A stretch of DNA of 20,000 nucleotides. It comes from Spirochaetales bacterium. Lineage in GTDB: Bacteria; Spirochaetota; Spirochaetia; Treponematales; UBA12059. The stretch covers positions 59,423-79,422 of the forward strand of contig JAFGJV010000010.1 in NCBI GenBank assembly GCA_016928955.1. The letters run 5' to 3'. The number at the start of each line of letters is the position of its first letter. Position 1 is the stretch's first letter. Shown piece by piece: positions 15,745 through 20,000 of the stretch. Under the pieces are notes generated by a model. It did not search any database. It saw only the letters and a program-made list of their open reading frames with translations, and was not told where the DNA came from. Both the position numbers and the translations under genes were made by a program.

Positions 15745-18135
15745 ATGGGCGCCGAGCGCTTCAAGCTGAGCATCGACGAGCTGTCATACAAGGTTCTGGC
15801 GTCCGAGTTATCCGGCCTGGAAGACGGCGACTGGGGCAAGCCGGTCATAGGCCAGCCGCGCGCCATGGAGGCGCTCGGCATGGGCACGGCCATACGGGCC
15901 AGGGGCTACAACCTGTTCGTTACGGGCGCCCCTGGCACGGGCAGGCGCACCGCCGTCATGCGCGTCCTGGCCGAGCGCGCTCCGTCGCTGCATGGGCTCA
16001 AGGACTACGTCTACGTATATAACTTTTCCGAGCCCCAGGCGCCCCGCGCCCTGGCCTTTCCGTCGGGCAGCGCCCTGTCCTTCAAGCGCGACGTCCACGA
16101 CCTGGTGGAAAACGTCAAGAAGCTGATAAGCATGCAGTCCGAAAGCGGGGACTTCAAGAAGCGCAAGGAAGAGCAGGTGGCCGTTTGGGAAGCCGAGGAA
16201 AACTCACGGCTGGCGGCTTTTGAGGCCGAGCTTGCCGCTGACGGTTTCCGCGTGGTCCAGCTCCAGGGGGAGGACGGCCAGACGGCAACCGACATACTGC
16301 CCGTGCGCGACGGCGAGCCCGTGAGCTTTGACGACCTGCAGTCCGGCGACGCTCCCCTGCCGGAAGCCGAGTTCGGCTCACTCAGGGAGCGCTATTTTGG
16401 CCACATGGACCGCATGCGGCTCCTGTTCGTGGACCTCAAGCGCGGCCGGGGCAAGCTGGAAACCCAGCTGGACAGGCTCAGGCGCGACAGCATCCAGCCG
16501 CTGATACACGCGGAGGCCGAGCTCTTGTCGTCACGTCACGAGGGAGCCGGCGTGCGGGCCTGGATCGTGGCCCTGGAACGGGACATCCTCCACCACTTGT
16601 ACCTGTTCCAGCCGGCCGACGACGCCCAGGAACGGAAGCCGAAACGCCCGCCCCTGGGACGCTACGGCGTCAACGTGCTCACGGACACCAGCGGGGCCGC
16701 CGGCGCTCCCGTCATCTACGAGACCAACCCCAGCTACGCCCGGCTCTTTGGCACCATAGACCAGGGTTCGGGCGGCCCGGCCCCGGACCGCTCGGCCTAC
16801 CTCAAGATACGCGCCGGCTCCCTACTCCGGGCGGCCGGGGGCTTCCTGGTCATGCAGGCTGAGGACTTGGTACAAGACGAGGAAGCGTGGACGGCACTCA
16901 AGCGCGTCCTCCGCTCGGGCAAGCTGGAGGTACAGCCCCAGCCGGGTCCCTACGGTCCGCCGCCCGCCATCAAGCCAGAGCCCATCGACGTGGACGTCAA
17001 GGTCATCCTGATAGGCGGCGAGCTGGTGTATGACGTCCTGTACCAGGCGGACCCGGATTTCCAGAAGCTGTTCAAGGTATGCGCCGAGTTCGACTCGACC
17101 ATGCCCAGGAACCAGGACAGCCTCCGGGAATACCTGGCCTTCATCGGCAAGATCGTCAAGGACGAGGGACTCAGGCCTCCCACGCCCGAGGGGGCGGCTG
17201 CCGTGGTTGAGTACGGTGTCAGGCTGTCGGATTACCGGCACCGGCTGTCCACGCGCTTCTCCAGGATTGCCGACCTCCTGCGGGAGGCCGATTACCGGGC
17301 GGGAGCGGCGGGGCGCGACGCCATAGACGCGGACGCCGTGGACGCCGCCGAACGAGCCCGGGCCTGGATGTCCGACCTGCCCGAAGAGAAATTGGCCGAC
17401 ATGATCGTGTCCGGGGAGATCATCCTGAGGGTGGAAGGCAGCTGCGCCGGCAGGGTCAACGGACTGGCCGTGCACGACCGCGGGTACTACGCCTTTGGTC
17501 TGCCCGCCGTGATATCCGCGCAGGTGTCCCCGGGCGAGAGCGGGGTCATCAACATAGAGGGCGAATCCGGCCTGTCAGGGGAAATATACGACAAGGCCGT
17601 GTTGATAGTTGAGGGCTTCCTCCGTAGCCGTTACGCCAGGGACTTTCCCCTGGCCGTGTCCGCGTCGATATGCTTTGAGCAGTCGTACACGGCCATAGAG
17701 GGCGACTCAGCGTCGTCCACAGCGGTGTACGCCTTGTTGTCGGCCATAGCCCGGGTCCCGCTGCGCCAGGACCTGGCCGTTACCGGCTCGGTCAACCAGA
17801 TGGGGCAGATTCAGCCGGTAGGCGGTGTAACCGAGAAGGTGGAAGGGTTTTTCCATATCTGTAAGCGCGCTGGCTTTACCGGCACCCAGGGCGTCCTTGT
17901 ACCCAGGCAGAACGTGGCCAACCTGACCCTGTCCAGGGAAGTCATGAAGGCCATAGAAGACGGCGTGTTTTCCGTGTACGCCGTGTCCAGCATAGACGAG
18001 GGCATAGAGGTGCTGACAGGACTGGAGGCCGGCCGCCAGGACGCGTCCGGCGCCTTCCCGGAAGGCAGTTTCAACGGCAGGGTAGCCGCTGAACTGCGCC
18101 GGATGGCCGATACCGTCAAGGAATACCTGAACTGA
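15745..18135 (+). CDS. Lon-family (S16) protease, LonC/YcbZ-like with an AAA-like domain
   Basis: Start at ATG 15745 (AGGAGG SD). Motifs IGQPRA, YNLFVTGAPGTGRRT, ETNPSYARLFG, GSLLRAAGGFL, GRVNGL, FEQSYTAIEGDSAS (catalytic Ser) and GGVTEKVEGFF (catalytic Lys); no TM segment. Confidence 0.92.
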   Translation: MGAERFKLSIDELSYKVLASELSGLEDGDWGKPVIGQPRAMEALGMGTAIRARGYNLFVTGAPGTGRRTAVMRVLAERAPSLHGLKDYVYVYNFSEPQAPRALAFPSGSALSFKRDVHDLVENVKKLISMQSESGDFKKRKEEQVAVWEAEENSRLAAFEAELAADGFRVVQLQGEDGQTATDILPVRDGEPVSFDDLQSGDAPLPEAEFGSLRERYFGHMDRMRLLFVDLKRGRGKLETQLDRLRRDSIQPLIHAEAELLSSRHEGAGVRAWIVALERDILHHLYLFQPADDAQERKPKRPPLGRYGVNVLTDTSGAAGAPVIYETNPSYARLFGTIDQGSGGPAPDRSAYLKIRAGSLLRAAGGFLVMQAEDLVQDEEAWTALKRVLRSGKLEVQPQPGPYGPPPAIKPEPIDVDVKVILIGGELVYDVLYQADPDFQKLFKVCAEFDSTMPRNQDSLREYLAFIGKIVKDEGLRPPTPEGAAAVVEYGVRLSDYRHRLSTRFSRIADLLREADYRAGAAGRDAIDADAVDAAERARAWMSDLPEEKLADMIVSGEIILRVEGSCAGRVNGLAVHDRGYYAFGLPAVISAQVSPGESGVINIEGESGLSGEIYDKAVLIVEGFLRSRYARDFPLAVSASICFEQSYTAIEGDSASSTAVYALLSAIARVPLRQDLAVTGSVNQMGQIQPVGGVTEKVEGFFHICKRAGFTGTQGVLVPRQNVANLTLSREVMKAIEDGVFSVYAVSSIDEGIEVLTGLEAGRQDASGAFPEGSFNGRVAAELRRMADTVKEYLN

Positions 18136-18141
18136 TACCGA

Positions 18142-18226
18142 GAGCCCCTATAAACTTCGGTTTTGGGGGTTCCAACCAGTGCCCCTGTAGGGAGCCTCTA
18201 AAAACTGCAGTTTTTAGAGCTTCCCT
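18142..18226. repeat. Two related REP-like palindromes in tandem
   Basis: GAGCCCCTATAAAC-TTCG-GTTTTGGGGGTTC (18142-18172) and AGGGAGCCTCTAAAAACTGCAGTTTTTAGAGCTTCCCT (18189-18226). The second has a 24-bp perfect palindromic core at 18196-18219. Confidence 0.8.
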
Positions 18227-18254
18227 CTAGTCAGGAACAAGCGAGGTTCCCGTT

Positions 18255-19562
18255 ATGAAACGCACCGCCCTACGCATCTGGGTCGTGGCCGTCTTCCTGC
18301 TGGCCGCCTGCGGCCGCACAGACGCGCCTACCGCGCAGACCGACACGCCTGAGCTCGTCCAGGATACCTCTCCGACCCCGGGCGAGGCGCCGGAATTCGA
18401 GCCCGAGGCCCCTGCCCCGGACAGCCAGGGCGACCAGGCCCCTGAGCCTGGGCAGGCGGAAGGCTTGGATACACCCCCTGCTCCCGCACAAGCACAGCCT
18501 GCCAGGCAGATCGGCGAGCTGGTATACACGGAAGGCACGGTCACCGTGCACCGCTCGGGCGGCGTCCGCGAGGCGGTGGACATAGGCGACGTGATCCGGC
18601 AGTACGATGTCCTGTCCACGGGGCCGGACAGCAGGGCCACGGTGGACCTGGGTTCGGGCTACGCCGGCGGCGCGGAGGTCAAGCTGGCCGCCAATACGGC
18701 CTTCTATTTTGACACCAAGGCCCTGTCGGAGGGCGAGCGCAAGACCGTGCTCCAGCTCCTGGCCGGCGCCCTGGCCATCAAGGTGGACAAGCTGGCCAAC
18801 GGCAGCTTCAACGTGGCCACCGAGGGCGCGGTGCTGGGCGTCCGCGGCACCATCTTCATCGTCGACACCATACCGGACTGCTCCCTTCTGGTGACCACTG
18901 CCCAGGGATCCGTTGCCGTCAAAGCGGCGGACGGCACCACCATGCTTTCCCAGGCCGACCGGGCAGCGGAACTGAGCCCTGAGGGCCAGCTGGACCCCGT
19001 ATCCGTGGAACCAGCACAAGCAGCGAGTTTCCGCGCCGAATGGAACCAGAACGCCATGGCCGCCTTCAAGCCGCGCGCTCTGTACTACACATCCACCTAC
19101 GCCACCGCCCTGGACAAGGCCACGCCGGCCTTTAGCCAAGCCGTGGCCGGCCTCAAGGGTCACAAAGCCATCCTGGATGCATGGGAAAGCGCCAGAGCCC
19201 AGGGCAAGGAGCCGAAATTCACGGACTATACGGCCGAGAAAAAAACGCTTGCCGCAGCCCTCTTCGAATGCCTCAAGGGCCTCTTCGTCCTTGAACAGCC
19301 ATACTACCGCCTCCTGGAGCTCAGAACCCTCCATGACAGCGGCATAGGCGTGGGCCAGTTGGACGACGGCCGCGACTCGGCGGCCTTTTTCAAAAATCTG
19401 GACGGCTCCACCGCCCAGCTCTCAGCCGAGCTGGCCTATGTGCGCCGGGCCCTGGACCTGTTCTCCTGGGCGTCCGCGGACAGTCCCTTGGGCGACTATT
19501 TTGGCTCAAAGGCGTCCAGCCTGGGATCGGGCACCCTGTTCCTGGGCGGGGATGAATGGTAA
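18255..19562 (+). CDS. FecR-domain lipoprotein with a Pro/Glu/Gln-rich tether and a helical C-terminal domain
   Basis: Lipobox LLAA-C19. FecR-like motifs GDVIRQYDVLSTGPDSRATVDL, LQLLAGAL, FNVATEGAVLGVRGTIFIV, QGSVAV. Confidence 0.85.
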   Translation: MKRTALRIWVVAVFLLAACGRTDAPTAQTDTPELVQDTSPTPGEAPEFEPEAPAPDSQGDQAPEPGQAEGLDTPPAPAQAQPARQIGELVYTEGTVTVHRSGGVREAVDIGDVIRQYDVLSTGPDSRATVDLGSGYAGGAEVKLAANTAFYFDTKALSEGERKTVLQLLAGALAIKVDKLANGSFNVATEGAVLGVRGTIFIVDTIPDCSLLVTTAQGSVAVKAADGTTMLSQADRAAELSPEGQLDPVSVEPAQAASFRAEWNQNAMAAFKPRALYYTSTYATALDKATPAFSQAVAGLKGHKAILDAWESARAQGKEPKFTDYTAEKKTLAAALFECLKGLFVLEQPYYRLLELRTLHDSGIGVGQLDDGRDSAAFFKNLDGSTAQLSAELAYVRRALDLFSWASADSPLGDYFGSKASSLGSGTLFLGGDEW

Positions 19563-19903
19563 GCAGGCGCATGGGCCCAGGGCGGATAGGCAGGGAAAAG
19601 GCCACGGTGGATTTCATGATACGCCTGGCCTGTTCGGGCAGAAAACACCAGGACCGCGGGCCTGACGGACTCTGCCCCGAGTGCCGGGAACTCAGGCTCT
19701 ACGCCCTGGCCAGGCTGGACGCCTGCCGCTACGGGAACGCCAAGCCCAGCTGCCGTTCCTGCCGTACGCATTGCTACCTCCCGGTCCCGAGGGAGCGCAT
19801 ACGCGCCGTCATGCGCTGGTCGGGCCCGCGCATGCCCCTTGCCGCCCCACTGTACTGGCTCAGGCACACGTTCGGAAAACGATCCCAAGCCGGCGGGCGC
19901 TAG
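19556..19903 (+). CDS. YgbA-family (nitrous oxide-stimulated promoter family) Cys-rich protein
   Basis: RIGREKATV..MIRLAC, LCPECRELRLYALARLDACRYG..KPSCRSCRTHCY, RERIRAVMRWSGPRM; overlaps the upstream gene by 7 nt. Confidence 0.9.
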   Translation: MVSRRMGPGRIGREKATVDFMIRLACSGRKHQDRGPDGLCPECRELRLYALARLDACRYGNAKPSCRSCRTHCYLPVPRERIRAVMRWSGPRMPLAAPLYWLRHTFGKRSQAGGR

Positions 19904-20000
19904 GGCAAGGAAAGCATAGTGCCGCGAACCTTGTTGAAAATCGCGCAGAAGCAAGCGCGGCGCGTCCGCTTGGCGTAGCAGGGGCATCTCCGCTACTCCA

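Noticed and set aside
19904..20000. Short hairpins after the ygbA-like gene and the minus-strand ORF 19496-19987
   Set aside because: The hairpins are imperfect, lack U tracts and are cut by the window edge. The ORF is an antisense shadow with no recognisable motif.

Overview
GC-rich chromosomal window, most likely from a spirochaete. This is inferred from the compact 1165-aa RpoB with Asn at the E. coli S531 position, the RpoC N-terminus [10 protein letters not shown], the MCP tip [14 protein letters not shown] and a FecR-domain lipoprotein. The left half (1-8570, minus strand) is the core transcription/translation cluster: promoter - tRNA-Thr(GGT) - rpmG - tRNA-Trp - secE - nusG - rplK - rplA - rplJ - rplL - rpoB - rpoC (5' part). 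The right half holds murJ (-), a 61-aa four-cysteine protein (+), a Cache-domain chemoreceptor (-), and on the + strand a secreted propeller/degenerate polysaccharide-deacetylase protein, a LonC-like protease, a FecR-domain lipoprotein and a YgbA-family protein. I see no transposase, integrase, CRISPR array or defence system, and no complete novel multi-gene system that I can support. The most interesting signals are small: (1) an exact 65-bp tandem duplication of the tRNA-Thr 3' end, (2) an 8-bp-periodic fold-back element between rpoB and rpoC, (3) a HiPIP/BssB-like four-Cys microprotein behind an RBS-sequestering leader, (4) a deacetylase-like domain lacking its catalytic residues next to LonC, (5) a REP-like palindrome pair, (6) an L1-binding-type leader upstream of rplK, and (7) a long repeat-built tail on L10. 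All calls come from reading motifs by eye; no searches were run.
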